Shown: positions 34,237 through 45,311 of the stretch, in pieces
Numbering within the stretch: position 1 is the first letter of the stretch
Layout: every line of letters starts with the position of its first letter
Origin: an uncultured cyanobacterium
GTDB taxonomy: Bacteria > Cyanobacteriota > Cyanobacteriia > PCC-6307 > Cyanobiaceae
DNA length: 64,000 bases
Direction: 5' to 3'
Assembly: GCA_963765575.1 (NCBI GenBank)
Contig: CAVXWZ010000011.1
Coordinates: 480,001-544,000, forward strand
The notes under the pieces: model-generated
Database searches by the model: none
Told to the model about the DNA's origin: nothing
The model's input: the letters and a program-made list of their open reading frames with translations, nothing else
Made by a program: the position numbers and the translations under genes

Positions 34237-35522
34237 TGGTGGCGGTCGGCTGGGGCCTTGGCGCCCACCTGTCTGACGCCGACCTGGTGGTGGTGGGTGC
34301 CGGGCCCGCCGGGGCCATGGCCGCCGCCACCGCCGCCCGCGGCGGCCTGCGGGTGGTGCTGCTGGAGAAGCGCCGCCTGCCGCGCCACAAGCCCTGCGGC
34401 GGCGGTCTGCCCGTGCCGGTGCATGCTGAGCTACGGGATCTGGCGCCCGAGGCGGTGGTCGACACCCGGGTGCGGTGCATGCGCCACAGCTGGCGCTTCG
34501 GCGAGGCCGTGGAGGCGGCAATCGATCCGCCCGGCACCGTCTCAGCGCGCTCCCGGGGCCTGTGGATGGTGCAGCGTCCCCGCTTCGATCAGGCCCTGGT
34601 GCAACGGGCCGCAGCAGCGGGGGCCCTGGTGCTGGAGGGCCATTGCTTCACCGCCCTGGAGCGCACCGGCGCCGGGGTCGAGCTGCGGCTGCTGCAGCGG
34701 CAACCGGGCGGGGGAGCGGTGATCGAGCGGAGGCTGCGGGCTCAGCACGTGATCGGCGCCGATGGGGCCTGCGGAGCGGTGGCTGCCAGCGTGGGCCTGC
34801 GGCCGCATCCACGCGTGGCGCTGGCGATGGAGCTTGAGGTGCCCCACCATTGGGATGCGGCCGATCCGCTGCTGCGCTCCGACCTGCTGCACCTCGACTA
34901 CGGCGTGTTGCGCCGCGGCTACGCCTGGGTGTTCCCCAAGGCCGATCACCTCAACATCGGCGCCGGGGTGTTCGATGGCCGTGTTCGTGATGGGCGCCGC
35001 GATCCCGGGGCCCGGACCCGGATCCGGGCCGCCATCGATGGCTATGCCGCCGCCCTGGGGGTGGAGCCTGCCCGGCTGGAGGGTCTGCGGGCCCATGCGC
35101 ACCCACTGCCGTTCTGGGACGGTCCCGAGCCCCTGCACAGTCCCGATGGCCGGGTGCTGCTGGTGGGCGATGCGGCCGGGCTGATCAATCCGCTGTTCGG
35201 CGATGGGCTGCTGCACGCCATCCGCAGCGGTCGGCTGGCGGCCGAGGCGCTGCTCGCCGGGGATCCCCTCAGCCACACCGCCCGGGTGCACGACCTGCTG
35301 GCGAGCAATTTCGAGGCGGCCCGTCGCCTGGCCCGGATCTTCTACGGCCTGCCCGGCCTCACCTACCGCTACGGCATCAGCCAGCCCCGCACCACAGCGC
35401 TGGCGGTGCGACTGCTGGGTGGGGAGATCCCCTTCCAGGGCCTGGGCCGCCGAGCCCTGGCCCGCATCGGCGGTGGCCTGCTCGGGGAGCTGCGCCGAGG
35501 GGCGTTCCAGCCCATGGCCTGA
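34236..35522 (+). CDS. Geranylgeranyl reductase-family FAD-dependent oxidoreductase
   Basis: GAGPAG, KPCGG, YAWVFPK and LVGDAAGLINPLFGDG; TGATG overlap with trpC. Confidence 0.85.
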   Translation: MVAVGWGLGAHLSDADLVVVGAGPAGAMAAATAARGGLRVVLLEKRRLPRHKPCGGGLPVPVHAELRDLAPEAVVDTRVRCMRHSWRFGEAVEAAIDPPGTVSARSRGLWMVQRPRFDQALVQRAAAAGALVLEGHCFTALERTGAGVELRLLQRQPGGGAVIERRLRAQHVIGADGACGAVAASVGLRPHPRVALAMELEVPHHWDAADPLLRSDLLHLDYGVLRRGYAWVFPKADHLNIGAGVFDGRVRDGRRDPGARTRIRAAIDGYAAALGVEPARLEGLRAHAHPLPFWDGPEPLHSPDGRVLLVGDAAGLINPLFGDGLLHAIRSGRLAAEALLAGDPLSHTARVHDLLASNFEAARRLARIFYGLPGLTYRYGISQPRTTALAVRLLGGEIPFQGLGRRALARIGGGLLGELRRGAFQPMA

Positions 35523-35548
35523 GCGCCCCGGTGCCGGCAATGGCCAGC

Positions 35549-35579
35549 AAAAAGCGCCCCACGATTGTCGCAGGGCGCT
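35549..35579 (-). terminator. Intrinsic terminator downstream of rpsD
   Basis: AGCGCCC/GGGCGCT stem followed by a T5 run on the minus strand. Confidence 0.7.
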
Positions 35580-35600
35580 GAGATGAAAGACCCCGAGGGA

Positions 35601-36209
35601 TCAGACCTTGCGGGAGTAGTACTCCACCACCAGCAGTTCGTTGATCTCCAGGGCGACCCACTCGCGCTCGCACTTGCTGATCACCTTGCCGACCTGCTTG
35701 GCCTTGTCGAACTCAAGGTGGGGCGGGATGTTGGCCAGGCCGGGAAACTCCAGGTTGCCCTCGGCCAGTTTCTTGCTCTGCTTGCGCTCGCGGATGGCCA
35801 CCACATCGCCCGCTTTGCACTGATAGCTGGCGATGTCCAGGACGCGACCGTTCACGGTCACGTGGCCATGGTTCACGAGCTGGCGGGCACCGGGCACGGT
35901 GGGGCCTAAGCCGAGGCGGAAACAGACGTTGTCGAGACGGTTCTCGAGCAGTTTGAGCAGGTTGGTTCCGCTGGAACCTCCCTGGGCGCGTGCTTTCTTG
36001 ACGTAGCGGACGAGTTGCCGCTCGGAGATGCCGTAGTTGAAGCGAAGCTTCTGCTTCTCTTCCAGGCGGATGGCGTATTCGGAGCGCTTGCGACGGGCTT
36101 GGCCGTGCTGACCGGGGGGATAAGACCGCTTGGCGGACTTACGGGTGAGACCGGGAAGGTCTCCCAAGCGCCGCGTGATCCTCAGGCGAGGGCCGCGGTA
36201 GCGAGACAT
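35601..36209 (-). CDS. rpsD: 30S ribosomal protein S4
   Basis: [32 protein letters not shown] and VVEYYSR. Confidence 0.99.
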   Translation of the reverse strand: MSRYRGPRLRITRRLGDLPGLTRKSAKRSYPPGQHGQARRKRSEYAIRLEEKQKLRFNYGISERQLVRYVKKARAQGGSSGTNLLKLLENRLDNVCFRLGLGPTVPGARQLVNHGHVTVNGRVLDIASYQCKAGDVVAIRERKQSKKLAEGNLEFPGLANIPPHLEFDKAKQVGKVISKCEREWVALEINELLVVEYYSRKV

Positions 36210-36394
36210 GAAGGGGGTTCAAAGGACAGGTGCGCTGGTGCTGCCCAGCTTCGACCATGCTGGGAAAGACTCCCGCCGGCCTTGCGTTGCAGCGCCAACG
36301 ATCCATCCTATCGACTGGCCCGAGGGCCCTTGGCCTGGCGCCCCGGCCCGAGCTGGAGAGTCAGGCCCCCGAGGCCCCCACTGCCGGCAGCGGG

Positions 36395-36628
36395 GTGAAT
36401 CCCGCTTCGCGGCTGGTGGCCGTGGTGCTGCTGGGCCTGATCGGGCTCTACCGGCGCTGGCTCTCGCCCCTGCTCCTCCCCCGCTGCCGCTTCATCCCCA
36501 GCTGCAGCGCCTATGGCCTCGAGGCGATCAGCCGCCATGGCCCCTGGCGGGGCGGCTGGCTGACCCTGCGCCGCCTGCTGCGCTGCCATCCCTTCAGTCC
36601 CTGCGGCTGCGATCCGGTGCCTGAGTGA
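36395..36628 (+). CDS. yidD: Membrane protein insertion efficiency factor
   Basis: [10 protein letters not shown]...RLLRCHPF...DPVP. Start uncertain. Confidence 0.92.
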   Translation: MNPASRLVAVVLLGLIGLYRRWLSPLLLPRCRFIPSCSAYGLEAISRHGPWRGGWLTLRRLLRCHPFSPCGCDPVPE

Positions 36629-36915
36629 TGAGCACCACCGGGATGTCATTGCTGCTCTACAGCCGCCGCGGCTGCTGCCTCTGCGAGGGCCTGGAGGAGA
36701 AACTGCGGGCCCTCGATCCGGCCCCGGCGCTGCGGGTGGTGGATGTGGATCACGATCCCGCCCTTCAGGCGCGCTACGACCTTGAGGTGCCCGTGCTGAT
36801 GCTGGGCGCCGAGGGCGCCGACCTGCGCCGTCTTCCCCCGGTGCCGCCACGGCTGCAGGGAGCGCAGCTGCAGCACTGGCTGCAGCGTTGTGCCGGCGAG
36901 CCTCCCCGCGCCTAG
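36625..36915 (+). CDS. Glutaredoxin-like protein (DUF836)
   Basis: YSRRGCCLC and RYDLEVPVL. Confidence 0.85.
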   Translation: MMSTTGMSLLLYSRRGCCLCEGLEEKLRALDPAPALRVVDVDHDPALQARYDLEVPVLMLGAEGADLRRLPPVPPRLQGAQLQHWLQRCAGEPPRA

Positions 36916-36941
36916 AAAGGCCCATCGTCATCCGGTCGGTC

Positions 36942-38461
36942 ATGACCTGTCCGCTCCATTCCCTTCTCCATCAGGTGGGTCTGGAGGTGCCGGCAGCCCT
37001 CAGCGACACGGAGGTGCGGCGGCTCAGCTGCGATTCCCGCGACCTGGGCCCGGGCACGCTGTTCGTGGGCCTGCCGGGCACCCGGGTGGATGGGGGCCGC
37101 TTCTGGCGCCAGGCCCTGGCCGGGGGCGCGGTTGCCGCCGTGATCGGCCCGGACGCGGCGGCGGCCGAGCCCCCCAAGGCCGACGACCCCGTGCTGGTGG
37201 TGGCCGAACCCGTGGCCCGCTGGGCCGGCCTGCTGGCGGCCGCCTGCTGGGGCCAGCCCAGCCAGCGACTCACCCTGATCGGTGTGACGGGCACCAACGG
37301 CAAAACCACCACCACCTATCTGATCGAGCATCTGGCGGCGGCCTGCTCAGGCCCTGCCGCCCTGTTCGGCACCCTGGTCAACCGTTGGCCCGGCCACAGC
37401 GTCACCGCTCAGCACACCACCGGCTTCGCCGACCTGCTGCAGATGCAGCTGGCCCAGGCCGCCGACAGCGGCGTGGGCATCGCCGCCATGGAGGTGAGCT
37501 CCCATGCCCTCCACCAGCAGCGGGTGGCGGGCTGTCACTTCGCTGGGGCGGTGTTCACCAACCTCACCCAGGACCACCTCGATTACCACCCCTCGATGGA
37601 GGCCTATTTCGAGGCCAAGGCCCTGCTCTTCGCCGAGCCCCTGCTGGCCGCCGGTGGCCGCGCCCGGACCGTGGTCAACAGCGACGACCCCTGGGGGGCG
37701 CTGTTGGCGCAACGGCTGGGGCCGGCCTGCTGGCGCAGTTCGCTGGAGGATGCCGCCGCCGAGCTGTTCGTCGACGAGCTGACCATGGACAGTGGGGGCG
37801 TCAGTGGTCGCCTGCGCACCCCCCTGGGGGAGGGCCGCTTCCGTTCGCCCCTGCTGGGGCGCTTCAACCTGATGAACCTGCTCCAGGCCGTGGGGGCCCT
37901 GCAGCAGCAGGGCCTGCCGCTGGCCCCCCTGCTTGAGGGCCTGGCCAGTTTCCGGGGGGTACCCGGGCGCATGGAGCAGGTGCTGGCCGCTGGCGGCGGC
38001 GGCGGGCCGGCGGTGCTGGTGGATTACGCCCATACCCCCGATGGCCTCGACAACGCGCTCCAGGCCAGCCGCCCCTTCACCTCCGGACGGCTGATCTGCG
38101 TGTTCGGCTGCGGCGGCGACCGTGACCGCAGCAAGCGGCCCCAGATGGGGGCCATCGCCGCGCGCCTGGCGGACCGGGTGGTGGTGACCTCCGACAATCC
38201 GCGCACGGAAGACCCCCAGCGCATCCTCGAGGACGTGGTGGCGGGCATCCCGGCCGGCACCGACCTGGAGGTGGAAGGCGACCGGGCCCGCGCGATCGCC
38301 GCGGCGATCAGCGGCAGCCGCAGCCCGAGGATCTGGTGCTGATCGCTGGCAAGGGCCATGAGGATTACCAGATCCTGGGCACCACCAAGGTCCACTTCGA
38401 CGACCGGGAAGAGGCCCAGAAGGCCCTCGGCTCCAGGCTGGGCTTAGCCGGCTTGAAGTGA
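36942..38461 (+). CDS. murE: UDP-MurNAc-tripeptide synthetase (meso-DAP ligase), frameshifted near 38310-38325 (probable sequence error)
   Basis: [23 protein letters not shown] and DNPR; the C-terminal [11 protein letters not shown]...FDDRE is in another frame. Confidence 0.94.
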
Positions 38462-38549
38462 CAAGGATGGTGAACTCGGAGCAAGCACGCTGCCAGGCCG
38501 ACCCTTGGCCAGTACGTTTACCCCGTCCGATATCTCATTTCACCGCTCC

Positions 38550-39290
38550 ATGGCTTCTTCCGTGCCCATGTCGAGGAAATTCCTCGCCGAGATGATCGGT
38601 ACGTTCTGGCTTGTGTTCGGGGGCTGCGGCAGCGCCGTGCTGGCCGCCGTCTTCCCCTATGACGATGCCGCCGTCAATCCCCTTGGTCTCGGTTTTCTTG
38701 GGGTCTCCCTCGCCTTTGGCCTCACGCTGCTCACCATGGCCTACGCCATCGGCCATATCTCCGGCTGCCATATCAATCCGGCCGTGACCTTCGGCCTCTG
38801 GGCCAGCGGCCGCCATCCCGGCTCGCAACTGCTTCCCTACATCGCCGCCCAGGTGATCGGCGGCGTGATCGCCGGCGGCCTGCTGCTGGGCATTGCCAAT
38901 GGCCGACCCGGCTTTGAGCTCAGCGGCAGCAATCCCCTGGCCACCAACGGCTTCGGGGCCCACTCCCCCGGGGGCTATGGCCTGCTGTCGGCGCTGATCA
39001 TTGAAGTGGTGCTCACCTTCATCTTTCTGCTGGTGATCCTGGGCGTCACCCACAAGGATGCGATCAAGGACCTCGCCGGCGTGCCGATCGGCCTGAGCCT
39101 GGTGCTGATCCACCTGATCAGCATCCCCGTCACCAACACCTCGGTGAACCCCGCCCGCAGCACGGGCGTGGCCCTCTGGGTGGGTGGTGATGCCGTGGGC
39201 CAGCTGTGGCTGTTCTGGCTGGCGCCGATCGTCGGTGCGCTGCTGGCTGGCTGGGTCCAGCGTCAGCTGCTGGAGGGCCGCAGCGACTGA
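38550..39290 (+). CDS. aqpZ: Aquaporin Z
   Basis: [10 protein letters not shown] and NTSVNPARS (two NPA motifs); [11 protein letters not shown]. Confidence 0.95.
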   Translation: MASSVPMSRKFLAEMIGTFWLVFGGCGSAVLAAVFPYDDAAVNPLGLGFLGVSLAFGLTLLTMAYAIGHISGCHINPAVTFGLWASGRHPGSQLLPYIAAQVIGGVIAGGLLLGIANGRPGFELSGSNPLATNGFGAHSPGGYGLLSALIIEVVLTFIFLLVILGVTHKDAIKDLAGVPIGLSLVLIHLISIPVTNTSVNPARSTGVALWVGGDAVGQLWLFWLAPIVGALLAGWVQRQLLEGRSD

Positions 39291-39307
39291 GCGGAGCAAC
39301 TGAGTGA

Positions 39308-40520
39308 TCAAGACTCACTGATCAGGCCCGGCGCGGTGAACTCGGCCAGAGTTCCCACCAGCTGGGCCAGCTCAGCTTCTGTTGTGGTGATGTGGGTGCA
39401 GGCGCGCAGGCAGTGGGGGTCGTCCAGGGTGCGAAGCCAGAGGCCCCGCTTCCCCAGCTTGCGCACCAGATCCCCCGGCTCCATGCCCTCCACCACGAAG
39501 CTCACCAGCCCTGCCGGTGGGGGCTGGTGCAGCAGCGTCCGTACGCCTGCCAGCCCCTGCAGCTGCTGCCACAGGGACCCGGCCCGCGCCTGGATCTGAT
39601 CGAGGCGCGGGGCGTCGGTGCCTTCACCCTCCAGCAGTCCCAGGGAGCGATCCAGGCCGGCGAACAGGGGGATGCAGGACGTGGCCACCTCAAAGCGGCG
39701 CCCGTCGGTGTGAAAGCCACTGGTGGCGCTGCCCTCATGGCTGAGGCTGCGCCAGCCGATCAGGGTGGGCTGGGCTTCCGCCAGCAGCCGCTCAGAGAGG
39801 GCCACCACGCCCAGGCCCTCCGGCCCGCAGCACCACTTGTGACCTGTGCAGGCGTAGATGTCGGCCGCCTCGGGCTGCCTCGGCCACGGGGATGCTGCCC
39901 AGTGACTGGGCAGCATCCACCAGCAGCCAGGGTCGCTGCGGGTGCTGGTCCAGCCGGCTGGCCACAGCGGCGATCGGCATCACCTGCCCGGTGTTCCAGA
40001 GCAGGTGGGAGAGCACCACCAGGCGGGTGCGGGGGCCGAGGGCGTTCTCCAGCCGCTGCAGCACTGCGGCGTCGGTGGCCGCCGGGTCCTGCCGCAGGTC
40101 AGCAACCTTGAAGCGCTCAATCGTGAGTTGCTGGCGTCGGGCCAGCTCCTGGCAGGCCGCCACCACGCCGGGGTGCTCGCAGTCGCTGATCAGAAGCACG
40201 TCACCCGGCTGCCAGGGCAGGCCCCAGAGGGGCAATACACAGCCGCTGGTGACGTTCTCGGTGAAGGCCAGGCGCTGTTGCGGCACCCCCAGCCAGCGGC
40301 TGAGCCGCCGCCGCAAGCCCGCCATGGTGGATTCCACGAAGGGCCAGACATCGCTGGTGAAGGGCCCCAGCTCCTGAATCCGGCCCCAGGCCGCCACCAT
40401 GGCGTCAAGGCTCGGACTCGGCAACGGCCCCTGACCGCCGTAGTTGAAGTAGGTCTTGTTGGCCAGGGCCGGCATCGCCGCCCGCAGGGCCTGACCCATG
40501 GCCTTGTCAGTTGAGGCCAT
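39308..40520 (-). CDS. Class V PLP enzyme (L-cysteine/cystine lyase-like), frameshifted near 39870 (probable sequence error)
   Basis: YFNYGGQGP, SHLLWNTG and VDAAQS, then TGHKWCCGPEG in the next frame. Confidence 0.87.
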
Positions 40521-40556
40521 GGTCGCGCAGCGTTGGCTTCCCAGTCTGGGGTGGGC

Positions 40557-41587
40557 TCAGATGCTCCCGTAGGTGACCTGACAGGCGGTGTTGATCAGCT
40601 CGGCCTCGGCCAGGCTGGTGGGCACCTCGCCGTTGAGCAGGCCGTCGCTGCAGTCGGCCTGCATCTGATACTTCATGCCGCCATTGTCCACCACAAAGTT
40701 CACTGTAGTGTCATCGATTGGTTCCACAGAGCCGTAGTAGAGGTTGTAGGTGCTCCTTGGCACCTGAACAGTGGGCTGACGCTGCTGAATCGACTTGTTG
40801 ATGGCATTGTTGACGATCAATGCCGTCGTGAGGGCATTGATCCCCCAGCCAAGGGCCTGACCTCCCCACCAGCTCCAGGGCATGCTGTTGGAGGAGTTGT
40901 TATACCAGCCGCCGCCCCAGGGACGGCTGTTGCCCCAGTTGGAATTGCGAGCCCAGGATGGGTTGTTGGAGTAGCCGCGGTCGTAGCGCACCGGGTTCAC
41001 CCAGACGTTGCGGCGGTTGCGGTTGTAGTTGTTCCACTGATTCTTGTTCCAGGACTTCCACTGCTTGCGCTGCTCGGCACGGTTGGAAGCCTTTCTGTAG
41101 CCCCGTTTCTTGCCGCGATCTTTGCCCTCGTCAAAGCCCTCGTCAAAGCCCTTGCGAAAGCCCTTGTTCTTGCCTTTGTCTTTGCCATCCTGGAAGCCGG
41201 TCTCGACACCCTTGTCGAAACCCTTCTTTTTGCCTTTTTTGAGGCCATCCTCGCGGCCTTCGTCGTAGATCCGTTGGCGCTGCTTGTTGGAAAGGCCGTT
41301 ATTCCTGTTGTCCTTATTGCGTTAGTCTTCTTGTTATTATTGCCTGAATTTTTCTTCTCCTTGTTCTTTTTGCGCTTTTTCTTCTCGTCCTCGCTCTTGG
41401 AATCCTTATCGTTCTCGGCCAGCAGCCAAGGGGGGCTTCCCTCGGCGGCCACCGGGACGGTGCGGCTCTGGCCGCCAGGACCGGCTGGGGGCAAGGCGGC
41501 CAGGACGGGCAGGGTGCCCGTGCTGGCCATGACCAGGGCCATGGCCACGGCGGGTGCCGTGTGGCTGTGCCAGCGCATGGGAGTCAT
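40557..41587 (-). CDS. Putative secreted low-complexity protein (~343 aa) with GxxxG repeats, frameshifted at ~41321
   Basis: Signal-like N-terminus and Lys-rich tract. Adding one base at 41321 joins it to a continuous frame with GxxxG repeats, an Asn/Trp-rich region and the 40557..41000 ORF. Confidence 0.75.
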
Positions 41588-41679
41588 GGGATTCTGCTCT
41601 TTGACGTATCAGATCACTCAAATCTGCTCCGTCTGAGGGTGGCTCAACCAAGAGATACAGCCCCTTGGTGAAGTGTCCT

Positions 41680-41859
41680 TCAGAGCAGCTGGCCCACCAT
41701 CACCGCCGCCACGGCAGAAAACACCGTGATACCAAGGGCGGTCAGGGGGTTCTGGCCCTGGGCCACGGCCACGCTGGTGACGACTCCGGCGCCGAGGCAG
41801 GCCACCGCCAGCTGGTTGAAAAGCTCGCTGCGATTGCGGGGGCTGGGGGTCGGGGTCAC
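41680..41859 (-). CDS. Small two-helix membrane protein (59 aa), absent from the ORF track
   Basis: MTPTPSPRNRSELFNQLAVACLGAGVVTSVAVAQGQNPLTALGITVFSAVAAVMVGQLL; high GC3; co-oriented with ycf46. Confidence 0.7.
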   Translation of the reverse strand: MTPTPSPRNRSELFNQLAVACLGAGVVTSVAVAQGQNPLTALGITVFSAVAAVMVGQLL

Positions 41860-41928
41860 GGCGATGCCGGCGATTCACAAGACCGTAGGAGCCGCAACCT
41901 GGCCGTCCCGGGCCCACCCGGCCCCTTG

Positions 41929-43434
41929 TTACGCCGCGTCGGAGTTCGACACACCGCGTAATGTCGATGCCGGCCTTGCCCTGCCGCCGCGGGCCCATTG
42001 CTGCAGCTGCTCCAGTTGCTCCCGGGCCGTGCGCGAGAGCGGCACCACCTGGGTTGCCGCTGCCACCAGGTCGGCCTCGCCAAACTCCCGGGCCTCGGCG
42101 TAGGCGAGGTGCATGGCCTCGATCACGGTCTGCTCCAGCTCGGCACCGGAAAACCCCATGGTGCGGTCCACCAGGACCTCCAGCGGAATGCGGTGCTGGG
42201 GCCTCCGGCGGCGCAGCTGCAGGTCGAGAATGGCGTGGCGCTCCTCGGGGCTCGGCAGGTCGAGCAGGAAGATTTCGTCGAAGCGGCCCTTGCGCAGCAA
42301 TTCTCCCGGCAGGCGCTCGACGGCGTTGGCGGTGGCGACCACGAACACGGCACTGGTTTTCTCCGCCATCCAGGTGAGCACCGTGCCCAGCACCCGCTGG
42401 CTGGTGCCGCCGTCGCTGCGGGAGTCGCCGCCGAAGCCCTTGTCGATCTCATCGATCCAGAGCACGCAGGGGGCCATCGCCTCCGCCCGCTGAATCATCT
42501 CCCGGGTGCGGGCCTCGGAGGCGCCCACGAGTCCGGCGAACAGGCGACCCACATCCAGCCGCAGCAGCGGCATGCTCCAGCTGTGGGCGATCGCCTTGGC
42601 GGTGAGTGACTTGCCGGTGCCTTGGGGGCCCACCAACAGCACGCCCCGGGGCAGGGGCAGGCCGTAGCTGCGGGCCTCCTGGCTGAAGGCCATGTGGCGC
42701 TGCTCCAGCCAGTGCTTGAGCGCATCGAGCCCGCCGATGTCCGCCGGGGTGGCTTCGCTGGGGCAGTACTCCAGCAGCTCGCTTTTGGCGATGGCCTGGC
42801 GCTTTTCCTCCAGCACCTCGGCCAGGTCCTCCTCGCTCAGGCGGCCACGGCGGGCCAGGGCCCGGGCCGCCAGCTGGCGCACCCGCTGCTCACTCAGCCC
42901 GTGGCAGGCGGCGGTCAGTTCGGCCAGCACGTCCGGGTCGAGGGGCTGGCCGCAGGCGCTGGCGATCGACCCCAGCAGGCGGCTGATTTCGGCGGCATCC
43001 GGCAACGGCAGCTCCAGCAGCGTGATGCTGTCATCCAGCTCCGCTGGCACCTGCCACTCCGGGGCGGTGATCACCACGGTGCGGGGCACCTGACGCAACG
43101 CGGAGGCCAGGTTGCGCAGGCGGCGGCAGATGCCGGCGTCCTCGCAGTAGCGGTGGAAATCGCGCAGCACCAGGATCGCCCCCTGCTCGGCGGGCAGGTT
43201 GTCGAGGCCCGCCAGAGCGGCCATGGGATTGCGGGCCGCCTCGCCCTGACGGTTGGGAGCACCGCTGAGGCCGTCGATGAAATCCCAGCGCAGCAGGGTG
43301 CGGTGGTCGAGGCGTGCCGCAGCCTGCTCGAGCAGGGTCTCCACCCGCGCTTCCTCCAGGCTGCGGATCCAGAGGATCGGCGTGCGCGAACGGATCAGCA
43401 GATCCAGCTGGTCGGTCCAGGGGACGGCGTTCAT
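41929..43434 (-). CDS. ycf46: Ycf46-type AAA ATPase
   Basis: GPQGTGKS, WIDEIDK and LLRKGRFDEIF; Ycf46-like N-terminus. Confidence 0.88.
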   Translation of the reverse strand: MNAVPWTDQLDLLIRSRTPILWIRSLEEARVETLLEQAAARLDHRTLLRWDFIDGLSGAPNRQGEAARNPMAALAGLDNLPAEQGAILVLRDFHRYCEDAGICRRLRNLASALRQVPRTVVITAPEWQVPAELDDSITLLELPLPDAAEISRLLGSIASACGQPLDPDVLAELTAACHGLSEQRVRQLAARALARRGRLSEEDLAEVLEEKRQAIAKSELLEYCPSEATPADIGGLDALKHWLEQRHMAFSQEARSYGLPLPRGVLLVGPQGTGKSLTAKAIAHSWSMPLLRLDVGRLFAGLVGASEARTREMIQRAEAMAPCVLWIDEIDKGFGGDSRSDGGTSQRVLGTVLTWMAEKTSAVFVVATANAVERLPGELLRKGRFDEIFLLDLPSPEERHAILDLQLRRRRPQHRIPLEVLVDRTMGFSGAELEQTVIEAMHLAYAEAREFGEADLVAAATQVVPLSRTAREQLEQLQQWARGGRARPASTLRGVSNSDAA

Positions 43435-44081
43435 GCCGGTGCCTCTGCCTGCCCGGCCGCTGGCGGCTGCAGCGCCGTCAGTGCCGCCCAGCGCGGATCC
43501 ACCACCGGCTGGCCATGGCCCCAGCTGGCCGGTCCTGCACAGTCGGGACCGCAGCGGTTGACCAGCGGCAGCTGCAGGCTGAGCTGCTCGAAGGTCCAGT
43601 GGCCCGGATCGAAGCAGCCGCCCGGATCGATCTCCTCACCGCAGGCCTCCAGGCTGGCCCCAACGCCGCCCTCGCCGCCAGCGGCGGCAAGTTCGCCCAG
43701 GGCAATGTCCAGCACCGCTTCATCCGCATCGCTCGGCCCCGTCCTGCCCTGGCCCGCTTCGGCGGCCCTGGCTGGGGCGCCATCAGCGCTGCCCTGGCGC
43801 AGCCAGAGGAGTTCCCGGGTGCGGAAGCGCAGGGGATGGTTGTAGCGCTGCAGGCAGCGGTCGCAGCAGAGGCTGACGATCGTTTCGGCCTCCCCGTTCA
43901 CCTCCAGCAGCGCCCCGCGATGCACGGCCCGCAGCTCGCCGCGCACCGGCGTCAGGCTGGCCAGGCCGTCGAGGTGCTGGGCCACGGTCCACCTGTGTCC
44001 TTCGCAGTGAGCACGCAGCTCCTGGATCGGCACAGGGCGCAGGGGGCTGGCCGCCCCAGAGCCTGTGGAGCGAGCGGCCAT
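43431..44081 (-). CDS. YceD/DUF177 family protein
   Basis: CDRCL, EQLSLQLP...C...C and DPRWAAL. Confidence 0.88.
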   Translation of the reverse strand: MAARSTGSGAASPLRPVPIQELRAHCEGHRWTVAQHLDGLASLTPVRGELRAVHRGALLEVNGEAETIVSLCCDRCLQRYNHPLRFRTRELLWLRQGSADGAPARAAEAGQGRTGPSDADEAVLDIALGELAAAGGEGGVGASLEACGEEIDPGGCFDPGHWTFEQLSLQLPLVNRCGPDCAGPASWGHGQPVVDPRWAALTALQPPAAGQAEAPA

Positions 44082-44086
44082 GGTGC

Positions 44087-45229
44087 CTACTTGCGCCCCT
44101 TCGGCTCAAAGGGCAGACGGCCGCCGGAACCACCGCCGGCGCCGGCCGTGACGGTGACCGCCTGCTGGGCGATCTGCTGGTCGAGGATCTTCTGCAGATT
44201 CTCCGGCAGGGCCTCACGGGTGAGCAGGAAGGTCTGCAGCGCCTGGAAGATGTTGGCCACCACCATGTAGAGGAGAACGCCGGCGGGCAGTGGGAAGAAC
44301 AGGAACATCGCCGTGATCATCACCGGTGTGATCTTGTTGGCGGTGGACTGCTGGGGATTGGGGGGCATGCCCCTGCCCGAGAGGATCTGGGAGAAGAACA
44401 GGGTGGCTCCGAAGCCCGCCACCAGGATGGCGATGTCCCAGTTCACCCCACCGTCGCCCATGAAGCCCACCTGACCGAGGGCCTGGATGAACAGGAAACC
44501 GCTGCGGGCGGCCAGGCCGGGAATCTTGGCCTCCACCGTGGCGTCACCAGGGGCCAGGGCGGTGATCTTGCCGTTGTCATCCACGCTCACCACACCCTCG
44601 CCGCGGGTCACCTCCCAGCTGGGGGCAAAGCTGCGGCCACTCTCACCGCTCTCGAGCACGGAGCTGAAGCTCTCGCCGTCCTTGGTGTGCAGGTTCACGG
44701 TCTGGAAATCGCCCACCCCCAGCTTGGTGCCGCTCTCCAGGCTGCCGATCACCGGCAGGTGGTTGGTGGAGGAGAGAAAGATCGAGTGGCTGGCGGTGTT
44801 GAAGGGTTTGGTCTCCACCGCAGCGATCTGATCGGCCGGCAGCACCTTGATGTTGAAGGTGTAGGGCACGTCGGCGAACGGTGAACCGCGCAGGGTCGCG
44901 AACAGGGCGAACAGGATCGGCATCTGCACCAGCAGGGGCAGGCAGCCCGCCAGCGGACTGCCGAACTCCTTCATCAGCTTGCCGAGCTCTTCCTGTTGCT
45001 TCTGGGGATTGCTGGCGTAGCGGCTCTTGATCTCGGCCTGGCGCTGCTGCATCACCGGCTGGGCAATGCGCATGCGGCGGGCATTGCGGATCGAGCCGGC
45101 GCTCAGGGGGAAGAGGGCCAGGCGGATCACCACGGTGAGGGCGATGATCGCCAGCCCGTAGCTGGGCACCAATCCGTAGAAGAAGTCGAGGATCGGGATC
45201 AGCAGGTTGTCGGAGATGTAGCCGATCAC
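44087..45229 (-). CDS. yidC: Membrane protein insertase YidC
   Basis: [24 protein letters not shown] and LPAGVLLYM. Confidence 0.95.
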   Translation of the reverse strand: MIGYISDNLLIPILDFFYGLVPSYGLAIIALTVVIRLALFPLSAGSIRNARRMRIAQPVMQQRQAEIKSRYASNPQKQQEELGKLMKEFGSPLAGCLPLLVQMPILFALFATLRGSPFADVPYTFNIKVLPADQIAAVETKPFNTASHSIFLSSTNHLPVIGSLESGTKLGVGDFQTVNLHTKDGESFSSVLESGESGRSFAPSWEVTRGEGVVSVDDNGKITALAPGDATVEAKIPGLAARSGFLFIQALGQVGFMGDGGVNWDIAILVAGFGATLFFSQILSGRGMPPNPQQSTANKITPVMITAMFLFFPLPAGVLLYMVVANIFQALQTFLLTREALPENLQKILDQQIAQQAVTVTAGAGGGSGGRLPFEPKGRK

Positions 45230-45311
45230 GGCGGGGGAGCTCGGGGGCAGGGGGTCAGCGTGGCTCAGTGTGCCTGAACGCTGTGGCTTGGTGGGGGGCG
45301 GATGGCCCGAT

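Noticed and set aside
40533..41636. 367-aa hydrophobic ORF on the + strand that looks like a membrane protein
   Set aside because: It is the antisense shadow of the Lys/Asn/Gly-rich minus-strand gene; ALVKALVK is the codon-aligned reverse complement of FDEG repeats.
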